NCBI RefSeq assembly: GCF_000150275.1
Contig: NW_002060974.1
Span: forward strand, 93,744-157,743
Reading direction: 5' to 3'
DNA from: Trichoplax adhaerens
Taxonomy: Eukaryota; Animalia; Placozoa
Length of the DNA: 64,000 nucleotides
The notes beneath the pieces were generated by a model. That model had not been told where the DNA came from. It made no database searches and saw nothing but the letters and a program-made list of their open reading frames with translations. Positions 30,201 through 44,657 of this stretch are shown here, one piece after another. Numbering within the stretch: position 1 is the stretch's first letter; every line of letters starts with the position of its first letter. The position numbers and the translations under genes were made by a program.

Positions 30201-33200
30201 TTTCTAATTGATTTTTTAATTCATTCACCTTCTTATTCAATCGTTCAACTTCCAATTTATTAAATTTATCTTCGTCACTACGAAGATTAGCAGTGAGTCT
30301 TTCGATTTCTTCGCTTTGTAAACTATTCTTCTTATTCAACTTGATATTTTGTCGATCTACTTCTTGATGTTTCTTCGTTAATTCATCTAATTTCTCCTTG
30401 CATTCATTTAGTTCCGCTAATACTTCTTGATATTGACGATTTTCTTTCGATAATTTAAGCCAATCAGCAGAACTATTGGTAGGATTGTTAAAGTTTTGGT
30501 TAGTTATATATTGCTATATGATCAGTGGAATACTTAAATAAATGATTCACTAATGTAACTGGAAGGCCTAAACAAAAATTACAAAGTAAATGAAGAATGT
30601 GATGCACCGAAATGCATCGTGTTTATCATTTCATACGTATTTGTTGCAAAATTCACATAAAAATCTTCGGTGATGATGCTAAATCATTTCGCATCGATTT
30701 AAATAAAAGTATAGTAAGGATAGATATCTAAATAAAGAAGTAAAATTACTGCACTACGGCTGTTGCAAACTGAAAATAATTTAAAAATTAAATGAACGTT
30801 GATCATTATGATTGTACTTTGCATCAACCACAGTACTCGCAACTCGACATAGATTTTCATTTAGTATTTGAAAATATTAGTGAAAGTAGTTAAATGAAAT
30901 TTCGTGAACAAGTGCTAAGATGAAAATAAATTATGTAATCGCTGAGAAGGTATCGTAATCTTCCAGAACTATATTTTTACATATGCACAGTCCTTAAGAA
31001 GTAATATAGTAATTGAAGGCTTACTTAACGTCAGGACATTCCTTAGCAATTGAAGGCATTGGACCTTATTAGATAATAGAATAGTTTAATGATAAGATTA
31101 TTTCAAAATACTAGAATAGAATTTGATGAAACTAATATTGGTAATGATAAAATATTTACTATTAGGTCGACCAAATTTCAATGTCATTATTTCTCCATTA
31201 GCTTCAGATAGTCGATCCTTACTATTAATTTGCAATCACAGATTAAAATTCTTTAAAATAATGAATTCTATGCTGTATAATTTATAGCGTAGAGCAAGGT
31301 ATCTTATGTATTCAGGCACACCAGGACAAACACCAAATTTAATAACACTCACCTCTTTTCATTTTCTACCTCAAGTTTTCCAATTTCTTCCATTAGATTA
31401 TGTATTGTATGCATATCCGTTTGCCTTTGCTAGTTTTGACAAGGGATTAAGATAAATAATTAATAAATATGTGACAGGATAGCGAGAATTCATTTGTGAA
31501 ATAATTCTATAAGGAGAGAAACAGTGTATTATTTGATTTACAACATAACGCCAGATATAGCGAAATAACTGATAACGATAATATTGTAAAATATTTATCT
31601 ATGGACTCCATTTAATAAATCATTGTAATTTTATATCATTAAAAAGTAAACAACTATTATATAAACCTGCTTATAAGACATACTAACCTAAAGATTTCAA
31701 TATCGTAAAAGAGAATGTAAAATATATTTTAAGTTACGATTACAGCTATTTTCTAACACTATATAATAAAACCTAGGGAGAAACACTGTAGAATTTTATA
31801 ATAAAGGCTAGAGATAAATAGTTCTTACTGGTCTGGTTTATAGTAAAAATTTTTGAAAGTTAGCAATTGGTAAGCTCTACTTAAAGGCAACTTTTAATGT
31901 TGTGAAATGATCTAAGACATACTATTATACCCATTACCTTTGACATGTCATCAACAAATTTGTTCAGTTCACGTATTTCTGCTTGTAATTCGTCTAATAC
32001 AGAATTGACAATAAAATGATCATGTATTTAGATCATACAATGAAGGTTTTATGACAGCTTGAATCTAAACTATAATTATAATTTTATTAATAGATTTTGT
32101 AATTAAGATTACCAATAAAAAATAACTAACCTACTGTTACAGAACTTTTATACTTATTTAATTCCTCTTCCAAAAATGTTTTGGATTCGATTAACAAAGT
32201 ATTTTGCTCCCTTAATTCCTATTTTCAAGTATAGTTATATGGTTTACAGAAAGCGTAAATAGATCACATTAGCACAAATTACTTTCAAATTAAAGACATT
32301 GTGATAATTTCATGAAGACTTTACCTCAACTTTTTTCTTATTTTTCTCAGAGTCCTTCAATTTTTCTCTTAGTTTAACATTTTCTGCCTTGTACTTTTCA
32401 GCTTTGAAAAGCTAGAAAACACAAATGAAGTAAGTAACAAAGAAAATGTGTTATCTAATTTTTAACATCTTAACTTATTAAATTTGATTTAATAGAAGAC
32501 AGCTTTTGAGAACGTCCTCGGCTACTATCATCGATTTATATCGATAGAAAGCATTTTACAGAGATGGACCTACCTGTTCTCTAAGAACATCATTTTCATC
32601 CCTATAGGCCCTAGCACTTTTTGCTTCACTGGAGAGATCTTTAGTCTATACGTACATATAATAGAATGATTAAAATGTAGAAAAATTAAAAAAAATTTCT
32701 TGATCTAGAAGGATTTTATACCGTTTGCTGAAGTTTCTTAATCAATTCAATCTGTCTCGCCAGCTTATCCTTGAAGTCATTAATTGATTCAGTTTTATCA
32801 GCTCTACAGCATTGTAAAAAAAAACAGATCTTAGCACGTAGATTTTACATTTATAATTTATGTTAATTGAGTGCTATTACGATATAATTTGTTATGCACT
32901 AACAGTTCATCTTTCAGCATTCGTATTGTTGTATTTCGTTCTAATTCTTGATAAATATCAGGTTCACTAGGTGGTCCATTGGTTGTCCCCGGCTGACCAG
33001 ATTCGGACGCATTTTGATTTTCCTCATTTTCCGTCTAAAAGTATCGTGTTGTAGACGAATTAATATGATAAGAGGAATCAATGATACCTTATTAGAAGCA
33101 TGATGAGATTAATAGTTATGTAGCGGTAACTAAAAAACCTTACCCGTTGACCTTTCAATTCTTCTATATCGTGTTCCAATTGAGCAGAATTCTGAGAGTA

Positions 33201-36200
33201 AAATAACGAGGAAAAAAATTATAATTTACAAAATAGAAACATTATAGTTCGTAAAATAGAAAACTGACAGACAATATTTAGAAGTACGTTATACGCACAC
33301 AGTATTTAGTTTAACAATTCTACTCATAATAAAAGTAATAATATACCTTAGCGAAGCTATCGCGTTGATCAGCGACTTCTTTTAAGTGTTGAGTCAGTGT
33401 CTGAACTAAATTTTTTAATTCCCTATCACCAAAATAACGAACATGTCATGTTAGAATGCTTTACTGCTTGGCTTTTAGTAAGCGTAATTATTTATTTGTA
33501 CTTTAGTCTACAATTTTAAAATTGACAAATTCAAAATTGTTAGCATATTTCGCTACTACGATAGCAGTAGTAATAAAAATTGTAAGGTCCTTATTTTATC
33601 TTATCTACTTACTCGTTTGATAAATTGCTGCTATCTTCAGTATTATATGGGACTGTTTTTTCAACGCTTTCAGTCATCTAATCATTATAGATAATGTAGC
33701 GATGAATTGATAAGTCAATTTAAAATCATAAGCTTGCAAGGTACCTTCTGCTTTATACTGTAACGCAATCGATTAAACAGTGTACAAAGGCATAAAAGTT
33801 ACTAACCTCTTGAATCAAAGGTACCAGCGCTTCCTGGACATCTACCGGTAACGTTTTTATCCTTTCTATCATTACTTCTTGTCGTTCAGACTAGAGAAAA
33901 GAAGAATCCATTGTCGATTTGCAAAATTAGTAAATTTTCCTAAATTAAAGTAATAGTACCATGCGATGACATTAATAATATCACTTATTACAATCATTAA
34001 TGATGTAAGAGAAATTATCGTGGATTTTATAGCACTGATAAATAATAATTCAGCAACGCACTATAGACCACATCAAAAATTCTGAGCTACCCCATAAACA
34101 TTTTTATACGTTGTACCTGCACAGCACACCCAAGTATGAGCATCAGTACTTTCTGTAATTCAATTTGACTTACATCTAAATAAAGGATTTAGCAAGCACA
34201 AAGACAGATGTTTACCCTAATTAGTATTAGCTAAGGTGTCCAAATAAGATATAGCTGAAGGTATAAATTGTTGGCATAAAAGCCGAGTGATGTTCTCCTT
34301 AATTAAACACATGCTATTGTAATCATCATAACTTATAATCATAACACAGAGTGTGTGATCTTACCGCTCTCAGGTTCGTAGCTAGCAGCGACAAAATTAG
34401 GTGGTTTCATTACGACTAACTGATGGAGAGCATCCTACATGAGCAGTAATTGAATGGAGGCACGTAAAGCATTTAGTATCATAGACGTAAGTGATCAAAC
34501 TTAATATTAGAAAATTGGAGTATATAATATTTAAGTTTTCTATGGTCTTTTCGCTGAAATTTTTTATAAGTATAATTGCTATCTCTATCAACATAATAAG
34601 CTAGTGATCAGGAGTAAAGCGTTAAGTATAGATTGTATATGGCACGCACAGTTTTGATCATTTTATGAATTAACATAGCGACTTTGCTGCATAACAATGT
34701 TTACATATCAAACTTAGAGGTCAGTAAATGACTATAGCTTACAAGGTTCTCAAGATTTAGCGTAAATGTGAGTCCTCTAATTAGTCTTACGTAATACTAA
34801 TTATTATACATGCTTTAGGATATAAAGCTATAAAGTGATACCAGTAAATAAGCCACTAATCGATTGCTTAAATTAGTTATAATTCATTTACAAGTTCACG
34901 GAGAGATACTCGCATTACTTACTGCTATAGCAAGAAAGAAAATTAAAAAAACATTCTAAATAGAATGTAAGTAACTTTCACATATTATCAGGATTTTTAT
35001 GCAAAATTGTAATTTATGATGGCGAAACAGCGCGATTTTATTTACATTAATAGAAGGATGAAGATATAGTATCATGGTAGTCTATAGTAGTTTTATCTCT
35101 TGTATCTCTATATTATAGTTGTTATGTATTGACCAGTCATGAAAAAAATTTCATATCGCAATGGCAAATGCACTGGATAGTACTGTAGATCTGCAAAATC
35201 ATAGACACGTTGTATGAATTACATCTATCATCAGTGAGAAAATCTTGGACTAAAGTTGATAGTGAAACCGATCAGCAATAGTTGGCATACTGTGTATATG
35301 ATAGTGCAGTGATTATGTACACATTGATTATCACGGCACGATTTCATAGGTTATATTGTGGCACTATGGTAGTCAATCGAGAAGCGTTTAGTTGACATAT
35401 TTCTATTTGGTCCATACAGTACTACCGTTTCAATTGTAGGAACGACACGTATTTTAATCATAGCTTAGGTATCGTTAAAAATGAGACAAAAGATAATTAA
35501 TTAGCAAGACGTGAGTAATGAAAGACGATTTATCATTGTTATTTTATTAAGATTTAATGGATACGCAAATAATAGGACTAACTGATTATTCATGTATTAG
35601 CTTTCGATACCCAAGAAGAACTTAAGATCAAACAAGATAGGAAATCTGCAGTACAACATTTACTACTTGCTGTACTATAGGTCATTTTACAACTTGATGA
35701 CTCGCCGATTATACTAAATTTTTTCTTAAAAACGACACTCATAGGATATATGCTTTCATATCTGAATCGACGTAGATTAGTTGAAATCTTATCTACATAT
35801 CTTATTAATTTAGAATAAAGCAAATAGACTGGATTTTAGGATGGTCTAATGTACCGTAACGCAAGTATGTTCCTTGTTAGTGAAAGAAAATAAAATGAAA
35901 TTTAATCTAAATTTTGTATTATTGATTAAAAATACAAAATTAAAATGAAGAAATAGCGAATGACATTTTGGAGTAGACAGCGTAGTACAATCTTGTTTAG
36001 AAGGAATGGACGTTTTTAAGGCTTTAAATCATTCATCGATTAATTATTTACAGTTAAGATGATTATGAGAGTATTTATAGAGCAACCAATAGGGTTGGAA
36101 AGATACAACATAATCATTTCATTTAAGTTCCATACCTGATAATAATTTTTAAGATTTTCGATTAGCAGTTCCAAATTTTGTTGTCTCTGTATACTATTAT

Positions 36201-37631
36201 TAACTAAGCGGTTGACTCTGGCCATACCAAAATTTTTCGGATCGCTAAGGGTATAAAAATAAAAAAACAAAAGCAATTTAAAAAAATTGGGGTTTTGGTT
36301 TCGTACAGTATTTTACATTTTTATTTTATCGATCGGTATGGTATATCATGCTCTTATATATTTTATTATCGTAGGCTAACAAAATAAATTTAGATATAAT
36401 TACAGTCATGAAATCGTGACTAGTACAAGAACCAAAGAGTTAACCGCATTAATGCTTGGTAGGTGTAATCAAGTTACAATAAGCATATTTCTACTACTAA
36501 TAAGAATCACGATCGAGCTCTTGAGTCATGGGTTCTTAATCGACGCAGAATACTATCCGTCATTATTCCAGTAAAAAGCTATAATTCTAACAGTTTCACT
36601 ATTGACCTGTATTGTACAGTTGTAGAGCATCTGTGAAACGATCATGATGAAGCAGGAGCATATTTATATAGCTCAAAATTAATGATAATCCTTGTTACAG
36701 CAAGTGCTGCGGTATGATTTTTCACATCATTCTATTAAACCTCTTAGGAAATGTGCAACAGCGTCTAACTTGATGGCAAATGCTGTACCATATAATAAAT
36801 TTGAGATAGTTAAAAGTAAAAGGAAATGACGATCATGGGCACTCCATCCTTTTCAATATGTTTACAAAGGAAATAAGACTTAAATTATACTCTTCACTAC
36901 TATTTGAACAATACAGTCTATTACTATAAATAAAGTAACGTAATGGTTGATTTAACCGATCATTAGAAATTGGTTGTGTATAATAAGTTGTTGGGAATGG
37001 AAGAGTATTAGCACAATAAAGTATTTAAACGTGTAGAGTACTGTCGATTTACAAAACTTACATGTCGACCATCATTTGATTGAGAATCACCCCATTTGCA
37101 AAATCGGTAATAGATTCCACTTGTGAAGCAGCAGCAAATGTCTTCGCCTATGGTCAAGATAGAGAAGATTTTAGTGAAGCATTACTCTTTTTGAATGTAT
37201 GTCATAGAGTATCGTGCTTAATGCTTATCTTTATGAATGACCGTTAACAATATAATTATATTAGTGTAATAAACAATATCCGTGTGCTGTACATGTGTAC
37301 GTCTCACTTTAATGATTAGTAATGAATAACTGAGCATTTTTAAGAATGTATCTATGCAAACAATGTTAATTGCACTACACTCAAGAAAAGATTTACAATC
37401 GTCTAACTTGTTTTACTCTATATTAAATTGAAATATCGCGTACCGTGTCATCTTAATATTACAGCAAGACTACATATAACCAAAACTTCAATGATAAATA
37501 GTACACGTGTAAACGTCAATTCACTTTAATACGATAAAGGACAATATTAATAACAAAATCATTTAGGAATGATCACATTTTCTTACCCAAATTACTAAGG
37601 GCGATTGAAAGAAGGCTTGTGTTGGCGTCAT
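21274..37631 (-). CDS. CCDC88: CCDC88 family (Girdin/Daple-like, HOOK-related) long coiled-coil protein, ~30 exons, roughly 2,900 aa
   Basis: N-terminal HOOK/CH-like domain: MTPTQAFFQSPLVIW|AKTF...ITDFANGVILNQMMVDI|DPKN...NLELLIENLKNYYQ|...LQKVLMLILGCAVQ. Girdin-like SEAKSARAYRDENDVLRE and ELREQNTLLIESKTFLEEEL. KVAQRCE|MLEQL...IDKLNRHKEDLEQKL precedes a Ser/Pro/Arg-rich tail. ORF-track entries 26062-30339, 24246-24845, 22283-23434 and 21573-22052 are exons of this gene. The C-terminus is ambiguous: ...VKRSVKR* at 21274, or a splice to SLDAFI* at 21149. Confidence 0.9.
26405..26869 (-). repeat. Coding tandem repeat, 93 bp (31 aa) x5
   Basis: DLEKKNAELRRQLLELQNQ(L/V)xDLNKxxxxNI units; nucleotide anchor 'ctaa(g/a)' ends at 26860, 26767, 26674, 26581, 26488. 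Confidence 0.95.
26880..30200 (-). repeat. Cryptic coding repeat with a 273-bp (91-aa) period, ~12-13 units
   Basis: A hydrophobic-K-x-K-hydrophobic/polar anchor recurs at ORF residues 62, 153, 244, 335, 426, 517, 608, 699, 790, 881, 972, 1063, 1154, exactly 91 apart by manual count. Confidence 0.85.
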
Positions 37632-40600
37632 TTTCCAGAATAATTAAAGGGTGAAATTAAATCCAAAACAATTGGCAAAATGGGTAACCAATTTCTTAAA
37701 ATTGATGGGTAATTGAAGTTGGAAAAGGTTTAAAAGTCATGATAAGGTAGTAAAAATTCCAATAGGAAAGTTTGCTTAGTTAATTCATCTCCGAGAAAGA
37801 TGGAGAATGGTAACAATCAACGTTGGTATATTCAGCTTTTCCTTGAGTTCGAGTCTCCAACTGGTGTACAATTTGCACAGTTAGGGTCCAATCTACGTAT
37901 TAGCGATAAGATAGTTATAATGATCAGATTACTGTTGATATCAAAGTTACCGATAAAACGAGAGATTTATCCATTACAGCAGGGTGAGAAAAAAAAAAGA
38001 AGGAGTTCCCCACACTATAATTATTTATCGTTGCTTTTATCGGTTCTGCATGGCGATGTCAATAGCAAGATGATATTTTTAGACTGACATTGCGTTGACT
38101 ATACTATAAGCGTAACTCTAATTTCACAATGTGCGTCAGTCTAAAATCGACCGGAAATTTTATTATTGGTATCGTCGACTAGGGAAAAGATTTTCGTTTT
38201 TACCCTTAGTATTGAATATTAACAACTAGTTTGTAGTTCAAGAAAGAGAAAATAAAATATCTGTTAACTACAGTAACTTGTACAATTTGACAATCGGTTA
38301 TGTCAAGTTTACACTGGAAGATCAAAGCTCAGTGTAAAAATACACAGCAGTGACAAAATTTCACAGACGATTTCGCTGACGACGGCAATCCCCAGTAATG
38401 GACTTCATCAAGTCATTTCAATGAAAGGATAAACATCAATAAAATTAATGGAAAAATTGGACTTACAATAATTGAATAATTTCCAACTTGAAAGAATATG
38501 GACTTATAAATTGGTAATAATGTCCAATTTAAATTGGGCTAATGTTGAAAGTATTTTTGTACAGTGAAAACATGAAAATTGCTGTGCTTTTCTCTTCTAC
38601 TCCACTCTATATACAGTAATACTGTATTACCGGTTCCTAAAAATAGTCAGTGTGTTGTCTACTTGGTTGGAAGGCTGTTCATTACAGTATTAGGGATGAA
38701 GTTGATGATTGTGACAAGAGTAGAATCACCGATACATGGATTGAGGATAGTGTTGTTTGTATAGCGGATGATGAAGCTCAAAGTTGAGAGGTGAATTTTC
38801 TTCTCAGTCATCAGCCTACTCTACTACTGACTTCATGGCATTACGTGGTACTGTACGAGTTGAATCGGTTGTCATTCGTCTGTACATAGCGTCACTTTAT
38901 TGTGCGATCGATGCTCTTGCTATTGTCAAGAAGAGTTTGAACAATGTGGGTTGGTTGACATCTCCCTTTTGATTGACGTGGTGATGAATAAAAGGTAACT
39001 CCACCATTGTCTAGTCAATCGAGCTTTTTCCCTTTTTAAACTACTATTGATTGATTGATATAAATAAATAAAAGGCACCATTAGTACTGGCATAGTTTAT
39101 TCTATGGACTTGGATAGTCTACACTCGACAGTATAGCATCGATTGCGATGAATCAATCATATCGTTTCAATTGAGTCTGTTATGCTGTCAAAGTGCGTGA
39201 ACTAAAATAGCTTGAATAACAGCATTTTACACATTGATTCTACAATTACTGTAATCAAAGCAATGTTGTGCTTAAACGATGCCTGCCTGACCGCATCAAC
39301 ATATCGTACGGTAGTACGCGTAACTGGGTAAGGTAACGGGGGTGAACCCTTCAAAGGTACGTTGTGTAGTAGCGATGATGCTACGCTTGGCACGTTGATA
39401 GTCTAGTGTTGACGTTTATGTAGGATGACACTAGTCGATCGTACTACCATGATGACTCATCTGGTGGTGGATGCCAAGGAAATGATAATAAGGATTTGAA
39501 AAATGCTCTGTGATGGCGATTACGTCTAATAACTGTGTTTTTGAACTTCGATTTAGACTGCCAGCCATCATGGACCTTGAGAAGGATAGTTATCCTCGTA
39601 GATGTTGGAAGTGGCTAAGATTGTTATACTTTAAAATCATGCAAATACGATAATTAAATGTGTAATAACATGGTAACGATCACAAGTTCTACGCCAATGG
39701 CAGTCATCTTTAAGCTGTAGTTTGCAGTAAGAATAAAATGAGCTCAATAGGATATCACATTAGAATAGTAATAGGGATCAACTTCAACGATTGCTGAAAT
39801 CTCCGATGAGTAGTGCACTGAAGTTTGTATGCATAGGTAATCTTGAACAACATCACAAATTAGAAGTAGGGCGCACTCTTTCCTTAGTTCCCGCTGAGCC
39901 AAGCCTATGCGAGTTGTATAAGTACAATGTGGAAATATGAACTAGTGTATTTTATACTTTATGTTAACATGATAATTCGTGTTACTGTAAATGCCGCATG
40001 GTCTGGAATAAATATTTTCTTATGGCCCATATTAATGCCAATGAAATAGTAGAATCAAGCTCAATGTGTTACCCTTTGATTTCGAAATGACTAACGCATC
40101 TAAGAGTATGTGTATGCGGGTATACCACTCGTACTATAAAATTTGTTATTGCGGATACGAATTGACCGGATTATTCAAGAAATAAAGAAATTCGAAAGTC
40201 TCAATCTAGCATATATTTTACGGATAATGTATCTATTTTCACAGCTATTTAGCTTAATATTGAACATTTTAGGCTGTCATTGAATGCGTCTGCAGGTCAT
40301 ATGGGTCATCAATCGTACTAGATCATGATCAAACATAGGGGTTAGCGCAAGTAAACTAATATCCGATTGAAATGGAGTAAATAATATTTAGATGATTACG
40401 GTTTAATTTTCAAAGTCTCTTCTCCATACTTTGAACGGAATGATGGGCATAAAATGTGATGCAAGAACAGTTGGACAAAATTTTGCGTTTATATTCTACC
40501 CATGGTATACGCTAATTGTATTTGAATGTTTTTATGGCTAGTAACTTCCCTTTTAAATGAACAGCCAGAAAAGCATCCTATCTGCAATTGCTTAATGCTA

Positions 40601-43600
40601 GTAGACACTTGTCACCTTACTCGTATTATAGATGGATGCGTGCTGTAGCGTTATTAAGAGTCACAGAAAGATTTTAGAATAATTAGATAATCCTGGCAAT
40701 AGCACTCATGATGTAAAAGTTGCCTACCCATCAAGCTTGATGGATAAAATTTCGATCAAACTATATCATATCCTCATGTAACAATTAAAGTACTAGACTA
40801 CTGGCTCTATGTATACTGTTTACATATTATAATGATCGAAGGTTCATTGTACAATTGCGCTTATTTAGCGAAAGAATATATGTTGTATGTAGTGTAACTC
40901 TATTCAGTTGAACGCTAGTAAATTCATACTCAGAAGCAGTATCGATAAAGTCAATTTGGAAGGAAAATATTCCCCTTTCAGTTCTATCTCTACAAGTCTA
41001 CTCTATTGCAGTACTACCGTGTTGCTAAGGTTTACTAGAATGACACCAGCACAACCGTTATAGGAACGAAATTGCCGCATATTAATGCTTTCCTCTTCAG
41101 GTCGTACATGAGAAAATCTTTAAACAGTTTTGATAGCTTTCGGTAATTCAACAACAACACAAAACGTGATGATAAATCATTACATTTAAGGTAACCGTGT
41201 TGTAAAGTTGCGGCATCACAGGAATAGCTTGTAGGCGGATTAGGATTCAATTTACTAGCTTCCTATTTCCGTGATTTACTGCGTATTAATTACGGGAAAT
41301 AAAACAATAATGTAGTTACATCAATATAGATGTAATTAGCTCCTACAAAATAATCTATTTACTTTGTCAAATATTGTGTACATTGCTGGCGACAGTCGTA
41401 TTGAAATTAGGCTTGATTAAATTGTTTGTGTATGTATTCTTCTCATGACATTTAAACCGCCCTTTAGCAAATTAGAATAGATAAGTAGGCGTATGTATTT
41501 TGATAATTGGCATACAGTATTACTAAACACCTAGTATGTATAGTATATATCGCCATAGTGTGCATGGTGACACGAAAGGCAACGTAACAAAATAGCTATC
41601 ACTGCGATCATTTCTTTTTGATGATTGTTATTTTGTGAGCAGTTAATCTTCTAAATTTCAGTCAGTGTTATATAGATTTACCGGCTTTACGGTTAATATA
41701 TTCAACATTATACAGTATACCGGTATTTAATCTTTTAATCGATCGAAGGTGCACTGTATATGTCCAAATAAGCGATAAAATAATTCCCTGTTAGTATCGC
41801 GTACTATATCATAAGGCTGCCACATTCCGGTATTCCACAGTTATTCACTCTAACTTAATAGTCGGGACCTAAAGCACAGTATACTGCGCACTTACTTTCG
41901 ATATTCTCTTATGGATTCCCTAAATAATATTTAGGTGCTCCAAGATTAGAAGATAGTATTAAATATAAAAATGTAAAGATATAGGAAATGATTGGACTAG
42001 TGTAGCAATAAGATAAAATAACAAGCAAAAAGTACCGTAATCTACATACTCGTATCTGTCACTAATGGAATGATCAGATTCATGAACAATGCAACGTTTT
42101 AAGTCATCATCATCATGCCTTCTATGCTTTAATTAAATAAACATTGATACAGTATACTGCAATTATAGTAGTACATTCCGGAGGAAAATCTAAAGATAGT
42201 AAGAAATATTTTATAACATTAAACACAGCAGTTTCTGTATTCTTAGCTACCTTTATGGGATGTCAATCAGATCTGCGTTTGTATAACGTACACCATGTTT
42301 CCATTATGGTATGATTGCAATGATTGCATATTAATTACATAACACTTAGAAGGAAAATGTCAGACAAACGCTAATTGCTAGACGATTGGCTAAGTGAGAG
42401 ACTATAATATGCATGTTAGTCAAAAGGTAAATCAATTATGCAAATGATTCGGAAACATATTAATGGATTACTTTATGAGCGCATTAATACGACTGCTCTA
42501 TTTTTCTTGCTTACGGCCGTATTAACTAGTACCAATAGCCCATTCTGTATCATTTGATATAGGATCACATTATCGGCCTAGATTGATGTTTGTTGCATGG
42601 TTATATGCAGTAACATTGCTACAGTAGTGGTACAACAGTATGTATTGTATAATATATACTACAGTTTGTCCGTTAATTATATAGTATCATACTATTATTG
42701 AATAGTATATATTGGTATTTTGCAAAATTATGATCTAATTCAGATTAATTATAAACTTACTATAAAAGAAATAATGAGAAATGCATGTATAGCGAAATAT
42801 GATGAAATATTGCAATGCCAAATTTAAGCCTAATAATTAGTATTTAAAATTTTTATTGTATAAATGATTATTATATTAACGATTGATTATTATTTAAGTA
42901 CATGTACCTGTATGACTGCGCTAATTAAGATCCTAAGTCACGAACTGCAGGAATGATAATTCTGGCGCAGTAAGTCCAATACATAAAAATTTTTACCTAT
43001 GCTAGTAATATTCCTTTAGGATTCACCCAAGACGGGAATTCATAAAAATTATTGCTATGATGCTAAAATTTTGTTCTATATTTCTTCGATGAATATAAAT
43101 CTTGACCATTATCTGTTTAGTTGCTCGAAGTTCTGATCATAATAAAAATTATTACTTGTAACGTAGTTACTGAAGCAAACGCTTATATACGATTTACGCA
43201 TATTAATATACTGTTTTGCTATACGTTATGAATATACGTATTGCTAAAATGATTTCTTTTAATTGGTTGGCAAATGAATGAGATCCATGTGATGTATAAG
43301 TATCGGCGTTCTAATCGAATCGCAGGTGTTTGACATTGATGACATTGGTTAATAAAAGTGGGTGATGCACTTTAAAAGTGTACATCATATCACTAATTAA
43401 GGAAACATACGAGTACTAGCGGTTTATGAAACAATCATTGTTTAATTCAGAGATGGATATAGTATAAACCTAGATTGCTTATATAGTCAATATGTAGAAA
43501 GACGGTTTTGCGATCGCTTAAAACTGTAATCACCATTGTACTCGTAATCATCTGCAAACATGCATAAGCAACGACGTTGCAAAGGCGATACGCATAATTC

Positions 43601-44657
43601 AATTTAGCATATCTGGCAATTTGTGCATGTTTAGGTGCATCATCTATAATACTTCATAGTCCATTTCTAATATACGAGTAATTTAAGCATTAATTGGCAG
43701 GTTCTCGTAGTCATAGACTAAAAGGATATTATTGTCTTCGATTAAATAGAATATAGTGTAGAAGCACTAATTATTCTTTCTTCGTAGTAGTCTTTCTGTA
43801 CATGCAACATTCATAAAGTATATAAATTTATACTTAGTAACCTAGCATTTAAAAGTAGACTTCTAAATTATAGCTATACTTTGGCAATCTCGCATATCTT
43901 TTTTTGCAATTAAATAAAAAATCTCATAAAAGTAAACAAAAGCATTATCTTCAAGTTTAAAAAGATTTACTATTTTCGTAGTAAATAACGAATTATTTGC
44001 TACATCATTCTGAATTAACTAATAACTGCAACTATTTTTATCGGCTATAATACTGCATCACAACTATCACACAAGTCATTAGAAACGTATAGTATACGTA
44101 TAATACACCATCTTTTACATTATATTAGAGCGAACTATTGATATGTTAAGAAGCATTGCAGGGTTCGTATAGGGCAATGCTAGTTATTTAGTAATCACTT
44201 ATTTGCGTAAACGTGATAAATCAGATAGTAAATAATGGATATTATTAATAAGCTATTTATATAAATCTAAATTCACGACGATAACATTTATCATATAACT
44301 AACGAATGATTTTTAAGCAATCGCTTGTTATGATATGACTTACGAATATATACATTAATACTAGAAACAGATTATTTTATAGCTATGGTACTTGCAGAAA
44401 TATTTGTTGTATGAGCATAACATCTTTCAGCTCTAAATTCATGCTCGTACCGGGAATTATAATTTTAGTACATTAACAATATCATAAAAGTTTATCGTAG
44501 GCGCTATTATGTTAAGTAAGATTTATAAAACATCGATTGATGAAACAAACACTTCATTATCTATTCTCTGATCACAAGTTCATATTTTGCAAGTGTAGAA
44601 AGATGAAAATTTCATGTATGGGACGTGAAGGAGCTCCATAATTTCTCGAATCAAGAA

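Noticed and set aside
28533-30263. Plus-strand ORFs inside the giant exon
   Set aside because: Antisense shadows of a coiled-coil coding sequence.
26062-30339. Myosin-tail, SMC or viral-inclusion-type standalone gene
   Set aside because: No motor or ATPase domain; the frame is open upstream to an acceptor at 30472 that joins HOOK-domain exons.
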